NCBI RefSeq assembly: GCF_036321535.1
Contig: NC_087436.1
Coordinates: 48,362,001-48,426,000, forward strand
Direction of reading: 5' to 3'
Source: Camelus dromedarius
Taxonomy: Eukaryota
DNA: 64,000 nucleotides
The notes under the pieces are model-generated. The model was not told the origin of the DNA, made no database searches, and was given only the letters and a program-made list of their open reading frames with translations. Position 1 is the first letter of the stretch; the number at the start of each line of letters is the position of its first letter. Made by a program: the position numbers and the translations under genes. Positions 1 through 12,804 of this stretch are shown piece by piece.

Positions 1-659
1 TTTTTAATTGTAATCCTTAAATATGTATCCAACTTGATCAGTAAAACGATGCTCTTATTGCATTCAGTAGTTTCTGAACTTCTACTTTAATACTGAGTAA
101 ACCCAAAGTTTTAGAATTAAGGAGAAACATGACATTTCACTTATTTAAGGACCAAATCTAAATATATATCAAGTATTAGAAACAAAATAAAGATCAAGTA
201 ACCTGAAGATCAGTATGAAAAAGATTCAATGAAGGTTTTTCTTCTTAACAGATTCTAGTTTAATAATGGAAAAACCTTCTCCACAGGTGAATAGTTTCAA
301 ACCTTAACAAAAATTTTAGCTGAGTAGAGTTGTTAACCAATGGAACAGCTGACACAAATAAGATGCATAATCTTTTTTTTTTAAGAGCTTAAATCAATTC
401 TTATCTTCTAGAATGGTTTACAAGCAATCCAATTCAATAGCAAAGATACATTACTTTCAAATTTATCTTTTGATCTCTATGAGTCCATAAATATAATTTT
501 CATAAAAAATATATTTCCAAGCCCTATATAATTAGATAAAAAATTTTTTTCCTTCTGAAGTGAACCCAAAAAGCATTAGCTGGTTACTGAGGGACCAAAC
601 AATTAAGAGGTAACATGCTGGAAAATATACTTTTAAATAGTTTTAATGTCTTGAGTGCT

Positions 660-860
660 TGATTGAGAAGATTTAAGTCTTATCCTGTTTCTTCCTAGCT
701 GTTTGTCTTGAGACGAGTTTTTTGGTCTTTCTGAAACATACTCTTTATTTTTAATATGGATGTAATCATAGCTTTCTCAAAAGATTATGAGCTTAGATGG
801 AATACTGCATGGTAAAGTCTTGGTAAACTTTACAAAAGATATGGCTTTTATAAACATAAG
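660..860 (+). mobile_element. MIR SINE remnant
   Basis: Degenerate MIR core and tail. Confidence 0.5.
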
Positions 861-2324
861 TTATTCATATGCTTTAAAATGTGTTCTTTTAGAATCATTT
901 ACCATAAGCGTCTCTGAAGTACATATTGCCAAGATAAACAATATTCCCTGAGGAATCTTTAATTATTTATCAGTAAATTAAAATTTTCACTCTTTGTTTA
1001 ATATAGTGACTAACTTAGTTTCTTCTGAAATACCTTAAAAACTTTACTTTTTACATATTAAGTTTATTGGATTGAAATTGTTATTAAGACTAGCCAAAAC
1101 TGACCCTGGTAAGCATTATTTTGGCTCGTGCTAATACAGGGAGAAATTGTAAAGGGAATCCTTGGCCTTCCATGTTAACTTAGCAATTTATTCCCCAAAA
1201 TAGAGATGCTCAAAGAGCTGTTTTGCAATATCTCTGTCCTTCCAATGTGTCAAAAGGCCAGGATGATGTAGCCTCTGGGAAAAAAAGACACTTTGGGAGC
1301 TGTAAACAGAACAGCAGCCTAAATGCTCAGGTGACCTGGAACCACAGACAGATCATCACACACAGATTTGCCAAACAAGAGGGAAGGTCTTAAGACACAA
1401 ACACAGATGAGAAATGAGTTGATCTGATGAACTTTTACATGATTCATGGTCAGAATACAATGAAACACAAGGAGACCTGAGAGATTCATTGAGATCCTGT
1501 TAAACCTTTACCAGTCTTGAGTCCCCAGAGAATCTAGTTATCTGAAAAATGTGACATATGATCTGGTTCATTCAACCTTTCACTGCTATTTCAACTTCTA
1601 GGAGGAACACTGCCCCCTACCCCATTTTGCCGGTAGCAATACTTGATGAAATATTCTATTTAAGAGTGATGTACGGGGTTGGGGGGACTAATTCTCCTCA
1701 AATAACCTACCACTTCTATGAAACCCTGGCTTTGTAGTCTATGCTGTTGAATCTTACAAGGCAGGATTTTTTTTTTTTTACATTGGGAGAAAATCCAAAA
1801 TAAAGAGACTTGGGAAATAGGACTTACTTCACTCTGCAGGGACAACAAAGGAGCTTCACATGTGCTGAGAGTGTACTTTCTTAAGTTCTTACATATGGTT
1901 TGTGTCTGTTCATCTCTTGAGCACCTTATATCTTTAGCATTTGTTTGCTTAGTGAATTTTCCATTAGTTTTAATTATATAAGAAAAACACTTTTCCAAAA
2001 TGGCACTGCATGAGTTGTGAGCCCTGTATTCTTCACTAAGGTAAATCATTTTGTGGCTGTTTCATACAACAGGAACCTCCTGAGAAAAGTGCTAATAATT
2101 TGACCTCATTCATTTCAATAAATACTTACTGCATGCAAATTAGGCTAGATACTGGATACTTTTTCTTAGTTCTCCCTCTTATTCTCAACGTTTATTAAAC
2201 ATGTACTCTATGCATTGATGTTCCTTTGACTTTTAATTGGAAATTTTCAAAAAGACCATTAATTTCTATTTAAAACATTACCATTTATTTGTGTACCCTA
2301 AATGGAAATGAAACAGGAGGAAGA

Positions 2325-2475
2325 GTAGCAAGCCCAGGTTCTAGTCACAGTTATGCCACCGAATTGTTGCATGATCTTAAACAAGTCTCTTAACCTCTGT
2401 GGTTCTGGGTGTCCTCCTGAGTAAAGCAAGCAGTTGGACTAGAGAACCACTGAGGTCCTTCTGGTTCCCGGACTT
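2325..2475 (+). mobile_element. MIR3/MIR-like remnant
   Basis: cccaggttctagtc...tgatcttaaacaagtctcttaacctctg...gttggactaga. Confidence 0.6.
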
Positions 2476-3479
2476 GTTCTTCATAGAATAGTGTGCTGTC
2501 AAGATGGAATCGCAGTCTCTGTCTCCAAAGGCAAATTATACTCCTGACAATTTCCACACAATATTTTGATTCCAGCATTCACTGACTGAGAGAAGTCACA
2601 GATCACTTGGGGTGAACACTAGAGCCACAGACTCAGAAATAATTTTTATCATAAACTGCGGTAACTACTTCCTCTGTGTGCAATGTCAACTCAATTTCAC
2701 ACCTGAAGGTTAACTGTTCCGTGGTCTACTGTCAGCTGCACACAGTCCGGTCAAACCTCTGATGGCTGGCTCCGGCTGTCAGCCGAGAAGCCAGTTAGAA
2801 AATATTTGGACCCTGGACGTTGACTTTGGGTTTTTCTGATCCGGAGGGAGGTATCAAATATTATGTGGATCAGGCACTAAAGCCCTTCCCAGCATAGTCA
2901 GGTTTCCACTGTAACTGCAATGCTATAAACTGGATAGTAGCTGCCTCAGTGCTGTGTGCCTCAATCTAGAAGTCAACAATGGTCTAATGGTCCAGGGGGA
3001 GCAAACTTTTGAGGTCCTCCCAAACGTAGAGCTCACAATGGCCCCTGCCTCCACCCAGGCTGCACACAGCTGCTTGCAGCCTGCTTAACCTGCCCTGAAC
3101 CTTTCCTGACATATACTTAAGTCAGCTGCTCTAGGATTTGCAGGGATGGAGGGAAATATAGAAAGGGACAGAAAAGTGAGAAAGGAGGAAACAAGGTCTT
3201 CATGCCCTGTATCCTCAGGGGGTTATCATCTGAATAAGTATGAGAGTTCTTTCAGTTGTCTAGATGCATTGTGTTTCTCAGGATGAGAGAAATGATTCTC
3301 AATATGCTTAACAATTACACCGGAAGCATTTCTGAGATCAGGTCTGCTACTTGGTCAAGCCCCTGGAGAGCAGATTAATCAGTCTTCTCCCTGCCTTTCA
3401 CAACTCCCTAATAAGTCTTATGTCCCAAGACCCTTTCCCCACCACAAGCCCCCATCTCTCATGTCTCTTCTGACCCATG

Positions 3480-3665
3480 GTGTATCTGTCTCTCTGAGTC
3501 TGTATGTGTTTCATTCTGTGTGCTTCTCTCTACGGCTCCATGTGTGTGTCTAAGTGTGTCACTTTCTGTCTTTCTCTGTCTCTCTTTCCAACTTCCCTTC
3601 AATTTCTCTTGGTCTGTGACTATGTGTGTTTCCCTGTGTTTCTATTTCTCACTTCCTGCCTCTTC
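3480..3665. repeat. CT/GT-rich low-complexity tract
   Basis: Degenerate tctctg/tgtgt repeats. Confidence 0.6.
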
Positions 3666-4064
3666 CCCAAACCATTTCTGATCAGGTAGAAAATAAAACA
3701 AATTTAATGTTTCTAAGAACACATCTGCCACTAATATTATTACCAATTCTGCTTTTAAAAGTTACAGTGTCAATACAAATGTATTTTGAAAAAGAAAATA
3801 GAATTGCTTTCTTCTCGGTGTCTCCCAGAAAAGAAAGGGTCAGGGACAATCTGGAAGATCTATATCTTCTCAGGCTTGAGAATATATAGCTGGGAGGAAT
3901 CAGATGGTGGCCACCAAGGATCCTAAATTAGGCTTTAGCCCCTGGAACCCCTAAAAGTGACACTGAGCCCTGGAGGTGATGGTGTGTGGCAGGGCCCTCG
4001 CTGTCTCCAGGGGCTGGTGCTCATCTCTGCTCCAGAACTTTCCAGCGGGTGTTTTAAGTAAGGT

Positions 4065-4270
4065 AGCAAAATAGATTTGTGGAAATGGTGCAAGCTTTGG
4101 AATTAAAAAACCTAGCTTCATATTTCTCACTCTGCCTCTTACTATGTGGCATTAAGGCTATTACTTAATTTGTTACCTTTCCTTTTATTATACATGAAAT
4201 ATAGACAACACAAATCTGCCTTATGAGAGTTTTAAGTTTCTTGGGACAGTGAATGATAATGCATGATGTA
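4065..4270 (+). mobile_element. MIR remnant
   Basis: gctttggaatt...ctctgcctcttacta...ttacttaa. Confidence 0.5.
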
Positions 4271-4346
4271 AGGGTAACTGCTTTTTGTTTTTGTTTAATT
4301 TCGTCTGTTTTTTTTTTTTGTTTGTTTGTTTATTAATTCTGAGATG

Positions 4347-4490
4347 TAGTGGCTCTCAACTGAGGCAATTTTGTCTCCCCAGGGACAACTGGCAAAGTCT
4401 GGAGATAATTTTGGTTGTCACAACTGGAGGGGCATTACTGGAATTGACTAGGTAGAAGCCAAGGATGCTGCTTAACATCCTACAATGCAT
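4347..4490 (+). mobile_element. MER20 (hAT-Charlie), partial
   Basis: agtggctctcaactgaggcaattttgtctcccc agggaca...tctggagataattttggttgtcacaactgg...ggatgctgct. Confidence 0.85.
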
Positions 4491-5269
4491 TTGATTTTCA
4501 TCATTTTGTTATTTTTAGAATGCCTTTTCTCTAAATGTATTTTATATATTTTATTTCCTTGGCATATCTGTGACAATAAGCAAGGGAAGTTGGCCACCTT
4601 CTACTCTAGCCATCCAGCCCCAAATATCAATGCCTCTGATTAACCCCTGAGCAATAAATATAACATATTATATTATATTACTACATACATATTACATACT
4701 ATACACATACTATATTAAATTATACAAAGATTCACAAGCCCAAATTACTCCTCAGGATATGGTAATTATAAGTCCAGTGACAACATAGCTTAATTTATTC
4801 ATTCAAGCATTTGAAAAATTAATTAATTCGGGCAAGGCACTGTGATAAGCACTGGGAGACAGATAAAAAAATAAATCCATGAAAAAATGCTCAGTATCAT
4901 TAATTATCAGAGAAATGCAAATCAAAACTACAATGAAGTATTGCCTCACACCAATCAGAATGGCCATCATTAAAAAGTCCACAAATGATAAATGCTGGAG
5001 AGAGTGTAGAGAAAAGGGAACTCTCCTACAATGTTGGTGGGAATAAAAATTGGTGCAGCCATTATGGAAAATAGTATGGAGATTCCTCAAAAAACTAAAA
5101 ATAGACTTGCCATATGATCCAGCAATCCCACTCCTGGGCTTATATCCAAAGAAAACTCTAATTCAAAAAGATACATGCACCCCAATGTCCATAGCAGCAC
5201 TATTTATAATAACCAAGACATGGAAGCAACCTAAATGTCCATTAACAGATGACTGGATAAAGAAGTTGT

Positions 5270-5271
<2 letters not shown>

Positions 5272-5330
<59 letters not shown>
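5272..5330. repeat. (TA)n microsatellite
   Basis: Direct reading. Confidence 0.95.
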
Positions 5331-5721
5331 GTAATGCAATATTATTCAGCCATAAAAAATAAAAAATAAAATAATACCATCTGCAGCAACATGGATGTAC
5401 CTGGAGATCATCATACTAAGTGAAGTAAGCCAGAAAGAGAAAGAAAAATACTATATGATATCACTTATATGTAGAATCTTACAAAATAAAATAAACTTTT
5501 AAAAGGACACAAAGGAACTTATTTACAAAACAGAGACAGACTCACAGACAGAGAAAACAAACTTATAGTTACCAGGGATGGAGAAGGATAAATTCAGAGT
5601 TTGGGATTTGTAGATACTAACTACTATACATAAAATAGATAAACAATAAGTCCTACTGTATAGCACAGGGAACTATATTCAATACCTTGTAATGGCCTAT
5701 AATGAAAAAACATGAAAAAGT

Positions 5722-5726
5722 ATATA

Positions 5727-5783
<57 letters not shown>

Positions 5784-5803
5784 TTATATCTATTTATATA
5801 TAT
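5722..5803. repeat. (TG)n(TA)n compound microsatellite
   Basis: Direct reading. Confidence 0.95.
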
Positions 5804-6594
5804 AAATAAATGAATCACTATGCTGTACATCAGAAATTAACACAACATTGTAAATCTACTACACTTCAATTAGAAAAAAATCCAGATACGATCTCTGCTA
5901 CCAGGAATTTACAGTCAAATTTAAAAAAGGTAAATAAACAAAAAATCACAATTAAATATATAACTACAAATTACAATAAAGCAATAAATGAAAAGAAATA
6001 GATTCTAAAAATGAAAATAACTGAAGGGACCTTATTTAAAAGGTGGGAAAGGGTTGAGAAGAGTCAAGGAAGACTTATTTGATTTACAGCTGGGCTGTGA
6101 CCTGAGGGAAGAGCAGGTGTTAGCTAGGCTAGGAACCTTCCTAAAAAAGAAAATAGTATGTGACAGGGTTGGTTCCAAAGTCAGAAAAAGCTTAAGCCTT
6201 TTAAACAGTTGAGATTTTCAGATATATTCCTCTCCTTGTCCTGAATCATCCAGATTATTTGGGACAACTGCTAACTGCGTATGGCTACTTTTCTAATTCT
6301 TTATAGTCTCACAATTGATAAGGCTCTTTTTTAACCACTGTGTTTCTTTTTTCTTTTTGAAGATATATCATCAAGACAAGTATATTAATGAATATGGTAT
6401 GATCACATTCATATAACAACTACCAATCTGATGCACTGCAGAATTTTTTTGTCACTTTTATTCAAAGATCAATAAATAAATCATCCAGGCAAGAGATCCC
6501 CTTCAAATAAAATAGTCAAACTATGGACAGATTAATAAAAACTGAATTATACTTTTTAATAGACAAAATATGTATACTAGATATATTTCATTTG

Positions 6595-7110
6595 GACTTT
6601 CAGATCCACTCTTCTTAAACTTGCTTATGCTCTGGCTTGATGGATGTGTTCAGGGTAGAGCTAGTGGCAGAAGTCTGATCTGTATATACTGTCAACAGGT
6701 TGCCCTCTGGCTTTTTGTTGGGTTTGACCAACTGGGTAGGACTGGCAGGAAGGAGGGAGGGAAGAGATCAGGATATTTATTAGTTCAGGCTGCCTCCATG
6801 CAGGGTGTCCATGGGATGGCTGTATCCCTTGACCAGGCTTCCAACTCAACAGTGTGTGTGTGTGTCTCTCTCTCTCTCTTTCCCCTCCCTCCCTCTTCCT
6901 CTCCCTCTGTTTCTCTCTCTCATTACAATAACCACTTTCCCCATCAGGTCTAGAGGTGATAGGTGATGGTAACAAAGCCCTATTTACTTACTAGTTCCCG
7001 ACAACCACACCATTCTATTGGTTTCCTTACACAATTCCCATACCTTTGGAACACTTTTTTTTTTTTTAAGTCTCTTCAGATTATCTTAAGTGTCCACCTG
7101 TTACCTATGT
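6595..7110. mobile_element. LTR33-like ERVL LTR with internal (TG)/(TC) repeat
   Basis: tgccctctggctttttgttgggtttgaccaa...ctggcaggaaggagggagggaagagatcaggatatttatt resembles the recalled LTR33 consensus. Confidence 0.6.
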
Positions 7111-7411
7111 ATCCTCAGTCTGCCATCCCCAGCATGGAACAGGAAGAAGGTACTGTCCATCATTAAATAACTTCCCTGTTAGCTGGTCATATACAAATGA
7201 AAGTCACAAAGTATAAAAAAGTTCTCTATTTCAGATTTGAGTTGTATCTTTCAACCCCTAGAGATTCCACAATGAAATGAAGCTTCAGCATTGCCTCCTT
7301 TACTCTATTCATTCCCCATTTCCTCACTGGTCTTTGACTAATGCTTTTAAAGCCTCCCCAGTGACTATTTCTCTTGGAACAATTGAGAACAAACCTCTCC
7401 CCTTTGGGCCC

Positions 7412-7876
7412 TGTTGTAGGTTGACTTGTGTTCCCTCAAAAGATGTTGAAGCCCTAACCCCCAGTATCTGCAAATGTGACCTCATTTGGAAATAGGGCCT
7501 TTGCAGATATAATCAAGTTAAGATGAGGTCATATTCAATTAGAGTGGACTCTAATCCAATGACTGTTACTCTTATAAGAAGAGGAGAAGGAGAGATTGAA
7601 AAAGAGAGACAGAGATAGGGGAAATACAATGTGACAATGTAGACAGGAAATGCAATGATGTGTCTATAAGTCAAGGAACACCAATGATTGCCAGTGACAC
7701 GAGAAGCTATGAAAATACATGAAACAGCTTCTCCTCTAGAACTTTCATAAAGAGCATGACCCTGACAACATCTTAATTTCAGACTTTTAGTCTCCTGAAC
7801 TAAGAATAAATTTCTATTGTTTTAAGCCACCCACGTTTGAGGCATTTTGAACCAGTAGCCCTAAGAAACTATTGTA
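7412..7876 (+). mobile_element. MaLR solo LTR (MLT1C-like)
   Basis: tgttgtaggttg...atgtgacctcatttggaaatagggcctttgcagat...agaataaatttctattgttttaagccacc...agccctaagaaacta. Confidence 0.9.
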
Positions 7877-8196
7877 GATTTCTTCCTTCCTTTCTCCCCA
7901 TTTTGCAAGTCTTATCCTTTTATCCTTTCTTCTCATGCCCCACCCCTCAACTTCCACCTCACGTCTTAAGTTCCTATCAAAATAATAATGGCCATTTCAA
8001 GACTCTCCAGTTCCCTTCTACATGAACTTAGGGCACTTAGATCCTAGGTGTGGGCAGCTACAAAATAATCAGAATTTTCATATGACCAGACTGGCCTCTC
8101 ATATGTTCCCAATTCTAGAGGAAAATATGTCGAAGTGGAGATGATGGAAATACTTTTAAAGGAAGTATATCAATTTTGTTAGACTTGCCTCTAGCA

Positions 8197-8405
8197 TAAT
8201 GCTTCTCATCCAGGGGTGATTTTCCACCACCCCAGCAGGCAGCGTGTGGAGACATTTTGGGTGTCCAGTTGTAGGAGGTTGCTATTGGTATTGAGTGGGT
8301 AAAAACCAGGGATGGTGCTAGACATCTATGTGGCACAGGACAGCGCCCTATAACAAAGGGTCATTTGGTCCAAAGTGTTAAGAGTGCCAAGGTTGAGAAA
8401 CCCTG
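8197..8405 (+). mobile_element. MER20, full length
   Basis: Ends gtgccaaggttgagaaaccctg; 8-bp TSD ctctagca (8189-8196) / ctgtagca (8406-8413). Confidence 0.9.
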
Positions 8406-10103
8406 CTGTAGCACATGCCCTAAATGTGTTCACTTCCATGTTGTCTATTGAAAGGGAGAAGTGTATTTGACTGAGCAGTGATGAGAAATAATTCATTAAG
8501 CAGCGTGAAAATATTTGTTCCATTCTGTTCTATTTTAAAGTGATGATGTTCTTTAAGTATCTATTTCAGAAAAAGAAAGATTATGCTTGCCTTTCAGTCA
8601 GTGGTCCGTTGTTCCTCTCATGCAAAACTCAATTTTCACGTCAATACACATTTAGATTCTTTAATCTGGAACTAAATTTGCAAACTTTTGACACAAAGCA
8701 GTTTCCTTTTTTGGTGCCCTGTCCTCATTATGATATCTGTTTGTCTCTGAAGCTTACAGCTCAGACATGTGTTTCAGTTCTTGTATCCTGTCTCCTCTTT
8801 TTCCTGTCTCTACTCTCTTTACCCCTCTCAGTTACTGGTTTTACTAAATTTTGCAAACCCATGGACTTTTAAAAAGATTAATCTGCCAAAATTCTAAAAC
8901 ATTTTAAGGCAACCATAACTAACATAAAACATGTAGGATTTTTTTTCCTCCAGCCATGAAATAGGATGAAACTGAGTCTAAATGAGTCTACTTTTAATAG
9001 ATTTGAATAATTTGGGTTAATACTTCCTCTTTCCAATCAGCATTTTAAACCATTCTGCCATGCTGCCATTCTCATCCTTCAAGTTAGAAACACTTGTTAC
9101 ACAAAATGTCATTTCACCAGAGATTTCCTGATATATTTGATTTCTCACGTTTGTTCCTCCATAATCATTTTTGTTTGATCTTCCTAAAAGATTAAAGCTA
9201 ATAGTGGTCATTGTAGGTGATCACGAGTTCTACCTTAGATGAAAGAAGACCTGGATTTTTAAGTTTGGTTGATGAGCTGGGAGGAAGTCAAAAAATGATG
9301 AGTTAGTTACATTATGTTTTGTCACCAGTTTAACTTTGGGGAAATCAAATTAATCTTTCAATGAAATGATTTACTGTCTCATGTTCAAAATAGAGAGCAT
9401 ACAAGTGTTCAAAAAGGTATTTAGCCTGCCATTCTTTACAACCAAACTGTGAATGTACCTTCAATGCAAGTTGGTGTGATTCATCTTTATCTCAGTTCTT
9501 AATGCTGAAGCATGAAAGAGTTGGTTTGGGATAAAACATCTTTCCCCATGCTGATTCAAACCACATATGGACCCAGTAGCCATAACGGAACACAGAATGT
9601 AGGAAAACAGGAATATCCCACCCTACTTTACCATAAGGTTTGAAATACTGGTTTTAAAGCTATCTGAGTAAAATCAAATATCTCAAATTCATTGAGAAGA
9701 TTGCTGTCCCTTTTTGTCACATCATCACATTGTCAAACACCAAAATGAGTTCTCTAGGAAACAACAATGGCAAATCTGTTTCTTTTTGGGGAAAAGAACT
9801 AAATGATCTGGGTGAGGACTTGATTAAGACATTTTTTAAATAAACATGACAGATTTGGAAGCCAAAATGCCACCCTCATTACTAATGATGATACTATTTT
9901 AATAATCACAGGAGTGGTTGCCCTGTTGTAGGAAAGATACTAGAAATTCAAACATGCAGAAGTCTGCTCCATGTTGAAACAAACCATAATGTTAAAAAAA
10001 TTTGGCTTGTACAAATTAGAGCAGTAAAAAAATAGCCCTGCAAATTTTGTTCACTATGCAAATTAAAATGACAGGTTGTTGATCTTCAAATATGCAGTGA
10101 TGA

Positions 10104-10331
10104 CTGTATTTCATCAAATTAAAGACATTGTTAATTGTAAGATAAATCATTGTATGTACAAATAAGAAAGGAAAAAAAAAACACCCTTAATTTGTTGTAA
10201 GACCATTATTTTAAGCTACAAGTAAAAAAAGAAAAATTGGTGCCAACTGAGTTATGACATAATGCTTTCTAACTATACTGAGTATGTAAGAGGCATCTCA
10301 ATTTTAGTTACACTGAATGAATGAAATACAG
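10104..10331. mobile_element. MER104/Kanga-like TcMar-Tc2 MITE
   Basis: Perfect 11-bp TIRs CTGTATTTCAT...ATGAAATACAG, followed by TA. Confidence 0.8.
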
Positions 10332-10954
10332 TAGGTCTTATCTTTTTCTTTTGAGTTCTATTACATAAAAATGTGTTGAGAAACCTTTTTTCTTTTCTTC
10401 TCCCATCCCTTCTTGTGAGACTTAGAATATTCTGAACCTTAGGGAACAAAAGAGGGAATTTTATGATGTTCTTCACGGTAGAAGAAGAAGCAACAGAAGC
10501 TCTCTTGGTGTCATCCCATGTGGAATTTGTTTGTATATGCTAGCTGGTATCAGGAAGCCTTCTGCTCCTGATAGACTCCCAGGCCATTTGGGGAGATGAT
10601 CTTTGCTAGAGAGCTTACTACTGAGCAGATTGCTTACTATTGTAGCATCTGGCCAAATGTTTGACATTTTAACTTTTCAGATTTACCATTTAAACTAGTC
10701 AAGAGGAAGAGAAAATATGAGAAAATAACTGGTAGATCTGGTTTAGCTGATATTTGATTAGACCACTCTCGGAGATGCATTATTTCAAACAATAGAAAAA
10801 TTAAAGCATTCAAAATGGCTAACTATAAGTTGCCACATCCACATAGTAAACAATCAGAACTGTGTTCAAAAATGCATTTGGATGCTCTATCCATCTTTCT
10901 CTAATCGGACTTCAGGATCCATCACTCCTACTAGTTTAGTACTGTTAAGATGAT

Positions 10955-11300
10955 TGTATTAGTTAACGTTAAGTTCTACACAATAACAAACAGACCCAAC
11001 ATCCCAGCTGTTTAACACAATAAAAGTCTATTGCTCATGCAGCAACTCAGAGAAGGATTATTGGCCAAAAGTCCTGAATCTCTCTAGTCCTGGGACTCAC
11101 GGTCCCAGGATCCTTCTACAGATCCCCAGAACTCTCTTCACTCATTTGGAAAGTGGAGAAGCAGAAACATTAGTGGCAGAGTTGCTTTGGATAGAACTTA
11201 ATTACATGGTCATATATAAATGCAAGGGAAGGTGGGAAATGAAGTATACTTGTGAGTCTGGGAGAGAAAAAAAGGAAATAACAAAGCAGTTTCTGCCACA
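10955..11300 (-). mobile_element. Old MaLR LTR (MLT1J/K/L-like)
   Basis: tgtattagtt...ataacaaacagacccaacatccc...tacatggtc...tgcaagggaaggtgggaaatg...tctgccaca. Confidence 0.7.
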
Positions 11301-11369
11301 ATCAGTAGTACTTCCAGATGGTCAAATATATTTATATTACTTAAACTCATCAGAATTCAAGACAGTAAC

Positions 11370-11690
11370 CAAACATTTCTTATAACACTCATTTCTTGGC
11401 TGCTGTAACACCACACTTTACTAATTCTCCTCCAATCTCAGGGCTCACAACTGCTCAGTCTTCTTTGCTGACTCTACCTCTGCCCAATAGCCAAATGCTG
11501 CTGTGATTCAAGACTTTAATAGTAGACATCTTCTTGCTGTCTTTTATACATCCTTCCTAGGTAATTTCATTTAATCCTATGGCTCCAAATTCAAATACAA
11601 ATGATATCCAAAATTATATTTCTGGACCTGACATCTCCATTATTCTCCAAATTCATTATATATCCAGCATTCTGCATCTAGGTACCTGCT
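11370..11690 (+). mobile_element. L2 remnant
   Basis: ttcctaggtaatttcatttaatcctatggctccaaatt...tatatttctggacctgac. Confidence 0.7.
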
Positions 11691-11751
11691 CTGAGTAAGC
11701 CCCTTGTATGGAAAAGATTTTATATCATTGATTAAATAATGCAGGAATTCA

Positions 11752-11758
11752 TGTGTGT

Positions 11759-11797
<39 letters not shown>

Positions 11798-11798
11798 T
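11752..11798. repeat. (TG)n(GA)n microsatellite
   Basis: Direct reading. Confidence 0.95.
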
Positions 11799-12804
11799 AT
11801 TTCTATCTGTAACATATCAAAAAGATTCTATAACCCACCATGAAATTAATAGAATTTGTGGGGAGACTAAGACTACAAAAGAAACATTGGAAAATATCAA
11901 AATAACACAGAAAAGGAACTAAGAATAGCCAAGTAAGTTAGACATGTGATATTATTAATATTATTAAAGACATTATTAAATATTTATGTTATTAAAATAT
12001 ATATTAAAAACAGCATAGGTTACATTTAAGATATCACTTCAAAATCTTGGTGCAACGAAATGCTACATAAAAAAGAGGTTCTGGGATAAAATAAGCTTAG
12101 AAATGCTACTAAAGAAAGGCTACTCTTGACGATCCATAATGCACACTTCCCTATGAGGAATGACTGTATAACTGAATGGATAACTTGTTGTCAAAATGAC
12201 CTAACTACTGTTTAAAGTAATCAGTGGTGCTCTGTAGATCTCTATAAAGCGCATTGTGTCATATTACAACTTTCTAACAGTAGTTATTTTTGTTTTATGA
12301 GTATAAAATTACCATTACCTAGTACTTCCATCTGCATGTGACATTTGATCTCCTAAAACAAATAGAAAGTTGATAGAAGAGGATTCTAGGAGTTAGACTG
12401 AATTTTAAAGTGAACCATCCATCATTAAACAAATTATATAACTAATGTTTGTTCTTCCTCAATAATCCTGCATTACTCTTCTCCAAGGATCTGTTTCATG
12501 CATGAGAAGTGACACAGTTATTTCCAGCTCTAAGTTTTATAGCTACAATATTTTCAAGTAAAATGGATTATGGATATCAGTAGCAAGGTCTCTGCTTATT
12601 AGGTGAATGTGGAAAAGAAAGGGATAAGCTTATGACTATTTAAATAAGAACCATTTGTTTAGAGGGGTCCTGGGCCATACTGATTTTATAATTTACAGAT
12701 ATTTGAAAAACATTTCACTAAGTTTTATGTATTATTATTTATTAATATGTATTACATTGGTACAACTTTTCTTAGAAAATGTTTAGCATAGTTAGGAACC
12801 TCCT

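Larger units (their letters stand above)
4880..5877 (+). mobile_element. 5'-truncated L1 (ORF2 C-terminus plus 3' UTR, cetartiodactyl type) inserted in an L2 remnant
   Basis: ORF 5050-5334 ([29 protein letters not shown]) is the L1 ORF2 C-terminus. 3' UTR has tatagcacagggaactatattcaatac. AAATCCA occurs at both flanks (4873-4879, 5878-5884). Confidence 0.93.

Noticed and set aside
1660..2049. 129-aa minus-strand ORF
   Set aside because: No domain, crosses a poly-T run, and has no supporting exon structure.
5050..5334. 94-aa ORF
   Set aside because: L1 ORF2 C-terminus running into (TA)n; not a host gene.
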